Positions 8,328-17,039 of a DNA stretch of 43,943 nucleotides are shown one piece after another. The stretch comes from Eubacteriales bacterium. Lineage in GTDB: Bacteria > Bacillota > Clostridia > Oscillospirales > JAAYXM01. The notes beneath the pieces are model-generated. The model saw only the letters and a list, made by a program, of their open reading frames with translations. It made no database searches and was not told the origin of the DNA. Position 1 is the stretch's first letter. Each line of letters starts with the position of its first letter. Where the stretch lies: NCBI GenBank assembly GCA_045544695.1, contig JAZPZP010000022.1, forward strand, positions 1-43,943, in the 5' to 3' direction. The translations under genes and the position numbers were made by a program.

Positions 8328-8356
8328 AATATACCACAATCCTCCAAAAATTGCAA
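8328..8356 (-). promoter_or_regulatory. SigA-type promoter candidate for the non-coding unit
   Basis: Minus strand reads TTGCAA (8356-8351), 17-nt spacer, TGgTATATT (TATATT at 8333-8328). Confidence 0.4.
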
Positions 8357-8440
8357 TATCTTTTTGGAAAATTGGGACGATATTTTTATTTTAAGGGAAG
8401 ATGCTTCAAAATAATACTGATTTTAGCAAATTAGAACACA

Positions 8441-8473
8441 ACAAGCGGTTGAGAAATGCTCTCAACCGCTTGT
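8441..8473 (-). terminator. carB terminator hairpin
   Basis: Perfect 14-bp stem ACAAGCGGTTGAGA / TCTCAACCGCTTGT (8441-8454 / 8460-8473) with a 5-nt loop, 4 nt after the carB stop (8478-8480). The U-tract on the minus strand is weak (UGUGUUCU). Confidence 0.7.
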
Positions 8474-8477
8474 ATTA

Positions 8478-11400
8478 TTACTCTGATATTTCGTGGATAT
8501 CGTAGAGCGCAACGCTCTTTTCATTGAATCCGCTCGCGAGTGCATCAGCAACTGCGTTTGCAGTATCAAGTGCCGTGAGACACGGGATACGGCGCGCGCT
8601 TGCGCGACGACGGATTTTAACATCGTCCATTGCCGGGTTTCTACCGGTTGCGGATGTTGAAATTACATAGTGAACAACGCCGCTGTCAAGTAATGTCATT
8701 GTGTTGCTCTCAGGATTTGCGTGAATCTTATCAACTTCCTTGACTTCAAGACCGCATTCGCGGAGCTTAACGGCAGTTCCGGATGTTGCATAGAGTTCAA
8801 ATCCGAGCTTTGCATACTTCTTTGCGATAGCGCCGATTTCGCTCTTGTCCTGATCACGAACCGTGATAAATACTCCACCTTCGACCTCCATTGTATACCC
8901 TGCAGCGACAAGGCCCTTGAATATCGCTTCGCGAACCGTTTCGCCAACACCTAAAACCTCACCGGTGGACTTCATTTCCGGGCCAAGCTGAGTATCAACA
9001 TTTGTCAACTTCTCAAACGAGAATACCGGAACCTTAACGGCAACGGTGTTTGCTGCCGGATGGAGACCGTAGGTGTAACCTAAGTCAGAGAGCTTCTCGC
9101 CAAGACTTGAACGAACTGCGAGCTCGCACATCGGAATACCTGTAACCTTACTGATATACGGAACGGTACGGGATGCACGCGGGTTAACCTCGATTACGTA
9201 AACCTCTCCGTCCATAATAATATACTGGATGTTTACTAGGCCTCTTGCGTTAAGACCTACGCTGAGTGCGCGAGTAACTTCAACAACGCGCTCGGTAAGC
9301 TCCGGAGTAAGGCTCTGAGCCGGGTAAATTGCGATACTGTCACCTGAGTGGACACCCGTTCTCTCAACATGTTCCATAATACCCGGGATCAAAATATCAT
9401 CGCCGTCGCAAATTGCGTCGACCTCAATTTCGGTACCGCTTAAATATTTATCAATAAGAACCGGGTTGTCGTTCTTTGTTGCAAGGATGATTGCCATATA
9501 CTCGCGAATGTCGTTATCAGAATATGCGATAATCATATTCTGACCGCCAAGTACATAAGACGGGCGCATAAGAACCGGATATCCGAGCGCCTTTGCAGCG
9601 GTGAGTGCACCGTCGCAATCTAAAACGGTCTTGCCCTTCGGGCGCTTAATCTCTAAGCTCTCGAGGAGTGCATCAAAACGCTCTCTGTCTTCCGCCATAT
9701 CAATGCTGTCAGCCGAGCTTCCGACAATCTTGATTCCGTTTTTGTCAAGGAAAGATGTAAGCTTGATAGCGGTCTGACCACCGAATGCAACAATAACGCC
9801 TTCCGGCTTCTCCTGCTTGATGATATTAAGAACATCCTCAGGAGTGAGCGGCTCGAAGTAGAGTCTGTCTGCTGTATCAAAGTCGGTTGAAACGGTTTCC
9901 GGGTTATTGTTTATGATGATAACCTCATAGCCCATACGCTGAAGTGACCATACGCAGTGAACACTTGCATAGTCAAACTCGATACCCTGACCGATACGGA
10001 TAGGACCTGAACCAAGTACCAACATTCTCGGCTTTTTCATCTCGTCTGTAAACGGCTTAGCTTCATTGTCACCATCATCGTAAGTAGCATAGAAATACGG
10101 AGTCTGCGCGCCGAACTCTGCCGCACAGGTATCAACCATCTTATAGGTCGGAGCGCGCTCGTATTTAATCGGATTTTCAGATAACTGATAGAGGGAAGCG
10201 TCGGTATAGCCGAGGCGCTTGCCGCGGAGATACTGAGCTTCACTAATAGGTCTGCCCTTGATTTCCTTCTCGTAATTTACCATATTGAGGAGTTTATACA
10301 AGAACCACTCGTCAATCATCGTGATCTCGTGGATTTCATCAACAGAAATTCCGCGATGTAATGCCTCATAAACAACGAAGAGTCGCTCATCGGTACAAGC
10401 GTGAAGCTTTGCGCGAATGTCCTCGGTTGAGAGGTACTCAAGCTTCGGCATACGCAAGGTTGAAAGCGAAATTTCAGCACCGCGTACCGCCTTCATAATG
10501 GCCATTTCAAATGTATCGGCAATAGTCATAACCTCGCCGGTAGCCTTCATCTGTGTACCGAGCTCACGCTTAGCGTAAACGAACTTTTCAAAAGGCCACT
10601 TCGGGAACTTAACTGCAACATAGTCAATTGTCGGCTCATTTGCCGCAAAGGTCTTACCTGTTACAGCGTTCGGGATTTCATCGAGAGTGTAACCGATAGC
10701 AACCTTTGTTGCAACCTTAGCAATCGGATAACCTGTCGCCTTACTTGCAAGAGCGCTTGAACGCGAAACGCGCGGGTTAACCTCGATTACCGCATATTCA
10801 AATGTCTCCGGATTGAGCGCGAACTGACAGTTACAGCCACCCTCAACGCCGAGCGCCTCAACAATGTCGAGTGCTGCATTGCGGAGCATCTGGAATTCCT
10901 TATCAGCGAGAGATACTGCCGGAGCAATTACGATACTGTCACCTGTATGAACACCGACCGGGTCAAAGTTTTCCATCGAGCAGATGGTAATTGCATTGCC
11001 CGCCCTGTCACGCATTGCCTCAAACTCAATTTCCTTCCAGCCGGAAATACACTTTTCAACAAGTATCTGACGAATCGGAGAAGCATCAAGACCCTCACGC
11101 GCAATCTCATATAATTCTGCGCGGTCAGAAGCGATACCGCCGCCGCTGCCGCCAAGTGTAAATGCCGGGCGAATGATTACCGGGTAATCAATAATTTCTG
11201 CAAACTCAATTGCAGAGTCAATATCTTCAACAACCTTAGACGGAATACACGGCTGACCGATGGATTCCATCGTGTCCTTAAACATCTGTCTGTCTTCGGC
11301 TTTGTCGATAGTTTCCGGAGAGGCGCCAAGGAGACGAACTCCCTTCTCTTCAAGATATCCCTCTTTTGCAAGCTGCATACAGAGGTTTAAGCCTGTCTGG

Positions 11401-11675
11401 CCGCCAAGACCCGAGAGAATACTGTCCGGCTTTTCGATCTCAATAATTCTTTTAACCGTTGTGAGTGTAAGCGGCTCGATATAAATTTTATCAGCCATAG
11501 CCTGATCGGTCATAATAGTAGCAGGGTTTGAGTTAATTAAAACAACCTCAAGACCATCCTCACGAAGCGCGCGGAGCGCCTGAGTTCCCGCATAGTCAAA
11601 CTCAGCTGCCTGTCCGATAACGATAGGACCGGAGCCGATAACCATTACCTTTTTAATAGATTCATACTTAGGCAT
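8478..11675 (-). CDS. carB: Carbamoyl-phosphate synthase large subunit
   Basis: 1065 aa from ATG 11675, with GGAGG at 11685-11689 (9-nt spacer). The track start at 11684 is a GTG only 1 nt from that RBS. Two ATP-grasp halves: MPKYESIKKVMVIGSGPIVIGQAAEFDYAG and RMLVLGSGPIRIGQGIEFDY. MGS-like C-terminal domain. Confidence 0.95.
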   Translation of the reverse strand: MPKYESIKKVMVIGSGPIVIGQAAEFDYAGTQALRALREDGLEVVLINSNPATIMTDQAMADKIYIEPLTLTTVKRIIEIEKPDSILSGLGGQTGLNLCMQLAKEGYLEEKGVRLLGASPETIDKAEDRQMFKDTMESIGQPCIPSKVVEDIDSAIEFAEIIDYPVIIRPAFTLGGSGGGIASDRAELYEIAREGLDASPIRQILVEKCISGWKEIEFEAMRDRAGNAITICSMENFDPVGVHTGDSIVIAPAVSLADKEFQMLRNAALDIVEALGVEGGCNCQFALNPETFEYAVIEVNPRVSRSSALASKATGYPIAKVATKVAIGYTLDEIPNAVTGKTFAANEPTIDYVAVKFPKWPFEKFVYAKRELGTQMKATGEVMTIADTFEMAIMKAVRGAEISLSTLRMPKLEYLSTEDIRAKLHACTDERLFVVYEALHRGISVDEIHEITMIDEWFLYKLLNMVNYEKEIKGRPISEAQYLRGKRLGYTDASLYQLSENPIKYERAPTYKMVDTCAAEFGAQTPYFYATYDDGDNEAKPFTDEMKKPRMLVLGSGPIRIGQGIEFDYASVHCVWSLQRMGYEVIIINNNPETVSTDFDTADRLYFEPLTPEDVLNIIKQEKPEGVIVAFGGQTAIKLTSFLDKNGIKIVGSSADSIDMAEDRERFDALLESLEIKRPKGKTVLDCDGALTAAKALGYPVLMRPSYVLGGQNMIIAYSDNDIREYMAIILATKNDNPVLIDKYLSGTEIEVDAICDGDDILIPGIMEHVERTGVHSGDSIAIYPAQSLTPELTERVVEVTRALSVGLNARGLVNIQYIIMDGEVYVIEVNPRASRTVPYISKVTGIPMCELAVRSSLGEKLSDLGYTYGLHPAANTVAVKVPVFSFEKLTNVDTQLGPEMKSTGEVLGVGETVREAIFKGLVAAGYTMEVEGGVFITVRDQDKSEIGAIAKKYAKLGFELYATSGTAVKLRECGLEVKEVDKIHANPESNTMTLLDSGVVHYVISTSATGRNPAMDDVKIRRRASARRIPCLTALDTANAVADALASGFNEKSVALYDIHEISE

Positions 11676-12744
11676 TTTTTGCACCCTCCATCATACCGAT
11701 AAAACGCTCGTATAACATATTCGCACCGTTTGCGCTGCGGCAAGCCGACGGCTCAAACTGAACTGAAAATGCATTGACTCCGACATACTCAAGTCCCTCA
11801 CAGGTCTTATCGTTCGTGTTTACAAATGACACCTTTGCAATGCTTTCATCAATTCCAACCACAGTATAGCCGTGATTCTGTGTGCTTATATAAACTCTTC
11901 CGTTTTCTGCACATCTTACCGGGTGGTTTGCACCGCGATGACCGTGCGGTAATTTTTCAATTGAGAAGCCGTTTGCAAGAGCTAAAAGCTGATGGCCTAA
12001 ACGAATACCGAAGGTCGGGATGTTCTTCTCTTTAAGTACACGAAGAGTATTTATCGTTTCAACACATTCGCTCGGGTCGCCCGGGCCGTTTGAGAGCATA
12101 ATTCCGTCCGGATTAACAGCTAAAATCTCGTGTGCCGGAGCATTTGCCGGAAATACATGAACCTCACAGCCGTAGCCGTTGAGTGTTTTGAGTAAGCTTT
12201 CCTTAAGGCCTAGGTCGATAAGTGCAATTCTGTACTTTGCATCATTGCAAGGTGCTACATATTTAACACGGGTTGTAACATTCTTAACCGCATCGCGTAC
12301 ACGGTAATCAGCTATTGCCTTGTGGTCAACCTTGCTTAAATCGGTAGTAATCATACCATTCATCGTTCCGTTATCGCGAAGCGTTTTGACAAGAGTTCTC
12401 GTATCAATCTCGCAAAGACCTACGATATTTTTCTCCTTAAAGAATGTATCTATATCCTTCTCGCAGCGGAAATTTGACGGCTCCTTGCACCAGTGCTTAA
12501 CGATATAAGCCTCAGGCACGATCTTGCTGCCTTCCAAATCCTCCGTGATAACGCCGTAATTTCCTATAAGCGGAAAAGAATGAACCGGAGTCTGACCGTA
12601 AAAGCTCTTATCGGTCATTGCTTCAAGATATCCTGTCATACCCGTAGTGAAAACAATTTCGGAAATAACAGTGCCCTCAGCGCCAAAGGACTCGCCTTCA
12701 AACACATCGCCGTTCTGGAGTATTAAATATGCCTTCTTACTCAT
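11668..12744 (-). CDS. carA: Carbamoyl-phosphate synthase small (glutamine amidotransferase) subunit
   Basis: 358 aa from ATG 12744, with AAGGAGG at 12752-12758 (7-nt spacer). Class-I GATase motifs are present (GIRLGHQLL, nucleophile-elbow region; HGHRGANHPV). It overlaps the carB start by 8 nt (ATGCCTAA). Confidence 0.93.
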   Translation of the reverse strand: MSKKAYLILQNGDVFEGESFGAEGTVISEIVFTTGMTGYLEAMTDKSFYGQTPVHSFPLIGNYGVITEDLEGSKIVPEAYIVKHWCKEPSNFRCEKDIDTFFKEKNIVGLCEIDTRTLVKTLRDNGTMNGMITTDLSKVDHKAIADYRVRDAVKNVTTRVKYVAPCNDAKYRIALIDLGLKESLLKTLNGYGCEVHVFPANAPAHEILAVNPDGIMLSNGPGDPSECVETINTLRVLKEKNIPTFGIRLGHQLLALANGFSIEKLPHGHRGANHPVRCAENGRVYISTQNHGYTVVGIDESIAKVSFVNTNDKTCEGLEYVGVNAFSVQFEPSACRSANGANMLYERFIGMMEGAKNA

Positions 12745-12769
12745 CACACATCCTCCTTATTCTGTCTAG

Positions 12770-12830
12770 AAAAAACGCATATTAAATAGCGCACGTTGTA
12801 AAATAACACTGCCGCAATTTAATATGCGCT
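12770..12830 (-). promoter_or_regulatory. Terminator-like hairpin in the carA leader (possible attenuator)
   Basis: In minus-sense RNA, CGCAUAUUAAAU (12828-12817) pairs with AUUUAAUAUGCG (12787-12776). The stem is extendable to 14 bp with AG/UU. The loop is ~29 nt and the stem is followed directly by UUUUUU (12775-12770). The hairpin lies between the promoter (12853-12881) and the RBS (12752-12758). Confidence 0.45.
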
Positions 12831-12852
12831 AACTCTTAAATTTTCTTTTTAC

Positions 12853-12881
12853 ATTATACGCCTATAAGCGGAGTTTGTCAA
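12853..12881 (-). promoter_or_regulatory. Consensus SigA promoter of carAB
   Basis: Minus strand reads TTGACA (12881-12876), exactly 17 nt, TATAAT (12858-12853). Both hexamers are perfect. Confidence 0.75.
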
Positions 12882-13042
12882 TGTTTTTTGGCGATTTTCC
12901 GCGGTTTTTGAGTTATTATAATATTAATAGAATATTTATTCTAAACGGCTTCTTTATTTCAAGCGGTTTATTTTGTTTTTGTTTTTCTTTTATGCACAAA
13001 ATATACAAAACTTTTTTCACTGCGGTTTGTCCGCCATATATT

Positions 13043-15250
13043 TTAATTATGCATAAAACTCGGTATATCGTTGCATAATATGCACTTTATACTTTCTGCA
13101 AACTCACCATTCAACAGTTTTTCAGCAATTTTTACCGTTATTTCTTCGTCAATTATGCCTCTGAGCGCTCTCGCTCCGCTCTTTTTCTCCTCAGCGCGGC
13201 GCGCAATCAGCTCTATAACCTCATCTTCAATTTGTATATTTATTCCTTTTTCACAAGCTCGCGCTGTGATCTCAGCAACCATCTTACGGGCAATTTGTGA
13301 AAACTCTTTCGTTTTGAGAGCGTTGAACACAACAATCTCATCAATTCTGTTCACAAGCTCAGGCCGCAGGATTTTTTGAGCCTCTTTAACGGCTTTTGCC
13401 TTTTTATCCAAATAACTTCCGACAAAGCCAATTCCCGCTCGTTCACCCAAATGCTCAGAGCCTATATTCGATGTCATAATAACAATCGTATTTTTAAAGT
13501 CCGCTATCTTTCCCAAAGAACCGGTAAGCTTTCCGTCCTCTAAAATCTGAAGCAGAACATTCAAAACCTCTGGATGCGCCTTTTCTATCTCATCAAATAA
13601 AACAACCGAATACGGCTTTTGACGCACTTTATCCACAAGAAGCCCTCCCCCTTCATAGCCGACATATCCTGGCGGCGCTCCGATGAGCTTACTTACCGCG
13701 TGTCTTTCCATATACTCGGACATATCGATGCGTATAAATGAATTTTCCGAGCCGAAGAGCTCCTTTGCAAGGCTTCTTGCAAGCTCGGTTTTTCCAACGC
13801 CACTCTCTCCCATGAATAAAAATGTACCGTTTGGCCGGTCAGGATCAGATAATCCCATTCTTCCCTTTATCACTGCGTGGCAAAGCGAGCTTATCGCCTC
13901 GTCTTGTCCCACAACTCGCCTGCATAGCTTATCCTTTAAATTTATAAGCTTTTCTTTTTCATCGGAATCCATTGCATCCACCGGAATCCCCGTTCTGTCT
14001 GCAATTGCTCTTTTTATATAGTCCTCACTCAATGTGTGCGTATCAAAGCTTGCGCGACTTGCAGCTTCGTCGAGTATATCAATCGCCTTGTCAGGCAAAA
14101 AACGATCATTTATATATCTTACCGACAAATCAATTGCACTCTTTAATATCTCATCACTTATAAGAACCTCGTGGTGACGCTCGTAAAGCCCCCTTATCCC
14201 GCGAAGAATCGCAAATGTTTCGTCTTTACCCGGTTCCTCTACCTTTATTGGCTGAAGGCGTCTCTCGAGCGCCGCATCTTTTTCGATATATTTTCGATAT
14301 TCATCATAAGTCGTAGCACCGATAAGCTTAATTTCAGCCCTTGCGAGCGCCGGTTTTAAAATATTCGCCGCGTCAATTGCACCCTCCGCCGCACCGGCAC
14401 CGACTATCGTGTGAATTTCGTCAATAAATAAAATAACATTCCCTATCTCACGCACCTCGCGCAGAATCTTTTTAACGCGATCTTCAAACTCTCCGCGGTA
14501 TTTTGTTCCCGCAATTACCGACGGCATATCAAGCGTTATAATTCTTGCATTGTGTAATGCACTCGGAACCTCACCCGACACTATTTTAAGTGCAAGTCCT
14601 TCCACTATTGCAGTTTTTCCGACTCCCGGCTCGCCGATAAGACAGGGGTTATTCTTCCCCCTGCGACTGAGCGTGCAGATAACATTCAAAATTTCCTTAT
14701 CTCTTCCGATTACCGGATCTAAGCTACCTATTCTCGCGGCCTGTGTGAGGTCTCTGCCAAATTGGCGAATCAATTTTTCGCTGCCGCTTTTTTCACGAGT
14801 TGCCCGCGTTGACTGTGCGGAATTTGCCGCAAGATCATTATATAATTTCCCCGGGTCAACTCCAAAGGAGAGAATAAGACGCGTCGCAATGCTTTCCCCC
14901 TCGCTCAGAATTCCCATTAAAATATGCTCGGTACTTACGCTGTCACTTCCCGATCGCACTGCCTCGGCGTATGCAGCGGAAATTACCCTTTTCGCACGCG
15001 GAGTAAGTCCATGCGGAGTCACATTCTGCACACTTCCCATACCGATTGTTTCACACAATTTGCGTGCGAGCGGCTCGCGGCTTATTCCGCGTTTTAACAG
15101 AAGCTTTGCCGCTGCACCGTCTCCCTGCGCCACCAGACCGTAGAGTAAGTGCTCCGATCCAACATAAGTATGTCCTAAAGTTGATGCACATTCATGTGCA
15201 AGGCGAAGACTGTGTTCACTTCCCGCGGTAAACTTGTTATCATCAAACAT
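13043..15250 (-). CDS. clpC: Class-I Clp/Hsp100 AAA+ unfoldase, ClpC/ClpA family, with ClpA-like architecture (no middle domain)
   Basis: 735 aa from ATG 15250, with GAGGTGG at 15255-15261; the track TTG at 15253 is too close to the RBS. Two Clp_N repeats, Walker A GEPGVGKT (D1) and GESGVGKT (D2), and the ClpP-docking tripeptide in AGIGFVG. Only ~55 residues separate LPDKAID from VVGQDEA. Confidence 0.88.
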   Translation of the reverse strand: MFDDNKFTAGSEHSLRLAHECASTLGHTYVGSEHLLYGLVAQGDGAAAKLLLKRGISREPLARKLCETIGMGSVQNVTPHGLTPRAKRVISAAYAEAVRSGSDSVSTEHILMGILSEGESIATRLILSFGVDPGKLYNDLAANSAQSTRATREKSGSEKLIRQFGRDLTQAARIGSLDPVIGRDKEILNVICTLSRRGKNNPCLIGEPGVGKTAIVEGLALKIVSGEVPSALHNARIITLDMPSVIAGTKYRGEFEDRVKKILREVREIGNVILFIDEIHTIVGAGAAEGAIDAANILKPALARAEIKLIGATTYDEYRKYIEKDAALERRLQPIKVEEPGKDETFAILRGIRGLYERHHEVLISDEILKSAIDLSVRYINDRFLPDKAIDILDEAASRASFDTHTLSEDYIKRAIADRTGIPVDAMDSDEKEKLINLKDKLCRRVVGQDEAISSLCHAVIKGRMGLSDPDRPNGTFLFMGESGVGKTELARSLAKELFGSENSFIRIDMSEYMERHAVSKLIGAPPGYVGYEGGGLLVDKVRQKPYSVVLFDEIEKAHPEVLNVLLQILEDGKLTGSLGKIADFKNTIVIMTSNIGSEHLGERAGIGFVGSYLDKKAKAVKEAQKILRPELVNRIDEIVVFNALKTKEFSQIARKMVAEITARACEKGINIQIEDEVIELIARRAEEKKSGARALRGIIDEEITVKIAEKLLNGEFAESIKCILCNDIPSFMHN

Positions 15251-15314
15251 CAAACCACCTCGCCTTTAGTATCGCCAAACTTTATAGATTTTTATAAAAA
15301 TTTTTAAATTATTA

Positions 15315-15342
15315 TTGATTTTTTTAAAAGCCGTGGTACAAT
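15315..15342 (+). promoter_or_regulatory. SigA-type promoter of the ferredoxin gene
   Basis: TTGATT (15315-15320), 16-nt spacer, TGgTACAAT (TACAAT at 15337-15342). Confidence 0.5.
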
Positions 15343-15350
15343 AGTGTTAA

Positions 15351-15545
<195 letters not shown>

Positions 15546-15564
15546 TCGGTTGTTTAAAGCACAA

Positions 15565-15597
15565 AAAAGTGCCTCGCGTTCAGCGTGGCACTTTTTT
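15565..15597 (+). terminator. Ferredoxin intrinsic terminator
   Basis: AAAAGTGCC (15565-15573) pairs with GGCACTTTT (15587-15595), with an inner CGC/GCG extension, followed by a T-run. Confidence 0.75.
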
Positions 15598-15617
15598 ATT
15601 TCAGAGGTGAAATTTTT

Positions 15618-16334
15618 ATGGTTGACGAACTCGGAATATCCGGCTTTAAATTAAAGCAAAGCGACGAGTTTTTAAAACTTGGTACTGATTCGATGTTGCT
15701 CTCCCATTTTGCAAAAATCCGCAAATACGATAATGTCTGCGATTTAGGGTGTGGAAACGGCGCAATATCAATTCTTCTCTGTGCGCGACACGAAAACATC
15801 TCCGTAACCGGCATCGAAATACTTAAAGGATCTTACGAGCTTGCGTGTGAAAATGTTGAGCTCAACAACTTATCAGACCGTATGCAGGTTATACACGGCG
15901 ATATCGTTAAAATCGAAGAATATTTAAAGCCGGAGAGCTTTAACGCGGTCGTTTCAAATCCTCCGTATTTAAAGCGTGACGGCGGTCTTCATACAGAAAA
16001 CCCGAACTTGCTCGCCGCCCGTATGGAAATAGACAGCACGATAGACGATATCTGCCGTGCAGCGGCGTATCTTTTAAAATATCAGGGCAGCTTTTCAATT
16101 GTATATCGTCCCGAAAGGCTTGCAACGCTCATCTCGTCGCTTTATAAATACAATCTGATTCCCAAGCGGATGCGCCTTGTCCAGAATAACTTAAAAACCG
16201 AGCCGTCGCTCGTTCTTTTAGAGGCGAGGAAGCACGGCGGTGAAGGTATGAAAGTGCTTCCGACACTCTTTATCCGCGACGAAGAAGGGCGAGAGACAAA
16301 AGAAGTTTCAGAAATTTATCAAAGAAAAGCTTGA
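15618..16334 (+). CDS. Class I SAM-dependent methyltransferase, tRNA (adenine-N6) YfiC/TrmN6-like
   Basis: 238 aa from ATG 15618, with GAGGTGA at 15604-15610. SAM motif VCDLGCGNGAI and catalytic NPPY (VVSNPPYL). The track start at 15585 lies inside the ferredoxin terminator. Confidence 0.8.
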   Translation: MVDELGISGFKLKQSDEFLKLGTDSMLLSHFAKIRKYDNVCDLGCGNGAISILLCARHENISVTGIEILKGSYELACENVELNNLSDRMQVIHGDIVKIEEYLKPESFNAVVSNPPYLKRDGGLHTENPNLLAARMEIDSTIDDICRAAAYLLKYQGSFSIVYRPERLATLISSLYKYNLIPKRMRLVQNNLKTEPSLVLLEARKHGGEGMKVLPTLFIRDEEGRETKEVSEIYQRKA

Positions 16335-16367
16335 ACTTTTGTTTTATATATGTTAAACTCATATTAT
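16331..16367 (+). promoter_or_regulatory. lexA promoter region with a Cheo/SOS-box-like site
   Basis: GAACTTTTGTTT (16333-16344) fits the Gram-positive GAAC-N4-GTTC box with one mismatch. It overlaps two alternative promoters: TTGAAC(16331)-N17-TGtTAAACT(16354-16359) or TTGTTT(16339)-N17-TATTAT(16362-16367). Confidence 0.5.
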
Positions 16368-16390
16368 AAAAGTTCAGGAGGTTTTATGCT

Positions 16391-16993
16391 ATGCGTGATT
16401 TAACCGACAAGCAACGAGAAATATTTGATTTTATCAGTAACTATATTAAAGAAAACGGATTTCCGCCCGCAGTCCGCGACATTGGTCACGGTGTAGGTCT
16501 TACTTCCCCCGCTTCCGTTCATATGCATCTTCAGGCGCTTCAGAAAAAGGGCTATATCGAACGCAGCGGTGGCATGAACCGCGGGCTTAAAATTCTCTCA
16601 CCCGAGGGAAATGTTAAGTCCTATCCCGCTATCCCGATTTTAGGTCGCGTAGCCGCAGGTGAACCTATTCTTGCTACCGAAAATATTGAAGGCTATGTCC
16701 CATATGACGGCGGCAGTTCCGGCTATGAGCATTTTGCGCTCCGCGTTCGCGGTCTTTCGATGAAGAATGCAGGCATTATGCCTGATGATGTTATCGTTGT
16801 TCGCCGCCAGCAGGTAGTTAATAATGGCGATATCGTCGTCGCTCTTTTAGAGGACGAGGCAACCGTTAAAACCTATATGCACAAAGGTGGTAAGGTTTGG
16901 CTTATGCCTGAAAACGAAGACTTCTCCCCGATTGACGGAACTCATGCCGCAATTTTAGGAAAAGTTGTCGCGACAATGCGCTATTATCAGTAA
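16391..16993 (+). CDS. lexA: LexA SOS repressor
   Basis: 200 aa. Winged-helix N-terminus (REIFDFISNYIKENGFPPAVRDIG), Ala-Gly cleavage site in RVAAGEPI, Ser in RGLSMKNAGI and Lys in EATVKTY. AGGAGG at 16376-16381. Confidence 0.95.
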   Translation: MRDLTDKQREIFDFISNYIKENGFPPAVRDIGHGVGLTSPASVHMHLQALQKKGYIERSGGMNRGLKILSPEGNVKSYPAIPILGRVAAGEPILATENIEGYVPYDGGSSGYEHFALRVRGLSMKNAGIMPDDVIVVRRQQVVNNGDIVVALLEDEATVKTYMHKGGKVWLMPENEDFSPIDGTHAAILGKVVATMRYYQ

Positions 16994-17004
16994 AGTAAAA
17001 AATA

Positions 17005-17034
17005 AAAAGACCATCCTTACGGATGGTCTTTTTT
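17005..17034. terminator. Bidirectional terminator between lexA and the convergent oxidoreductase gene
   Basis: AAAAGACCATCC (17005-17016), TTAC loop, GGATGGTCTTTT (17021-17032). A-run on the left and T-run on the right. Confidence 0.85.
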
Positions 17035-17039
17035 ACTTT

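Noticed and set aside
8118-8339. 73-aa minus-strand ORF in the carB / giant-gene intergenic region
   Set aside because: It has a GTG start inside a -10 element and no RBS. It reads through a long GC-rich hairpin, an intrinsic terminator and the next promoter. The composition looks like translated AT-rich non-coding DNA.
12748-12850. PyrR binding loop or ArgR/AhrC ARG box in the carA leader
   Set aside because: I found no UCCAGAGAGG-like motif. The CGCATATTAAAT halves do not fit TNTGAAT-W4-ATTCANW without several mismatches. The element is reported only as an unexplained hairpin.
12946-12990. Plus-sense hairpin AAACGGCTT...AAGCGGTTT followed by T-rich DNA in the clpC / carA spacer
   Set aside because: It has a central G-G mismatch and there is no plus-strand gene or convincing promoter upstream. 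In the minus (transcribed) sense it lacks a U-tract, so it is likely fortuitous in AT-rich spacer DNA.
12875-13078. 67-aa plus-strand ORF in the carA-clpC spacer
   Set aside because: It has a Phe/Ile-rich translation of AT-rich intergenic DNA, overlaps the carAB -35 region and the clpC 3' end, and has no RBS.
14550-15143. 197-aa plus-strand ORF inside clpC
   Set aside because: It is antisense to a strongly conserved AAA+ gene and has no RBS or recognisable motifs.
15254-15330. CtsR operator upstream of the Clp ATPase gene
   Set aside because: There is no GGTCAAA direct repeat on either strand.
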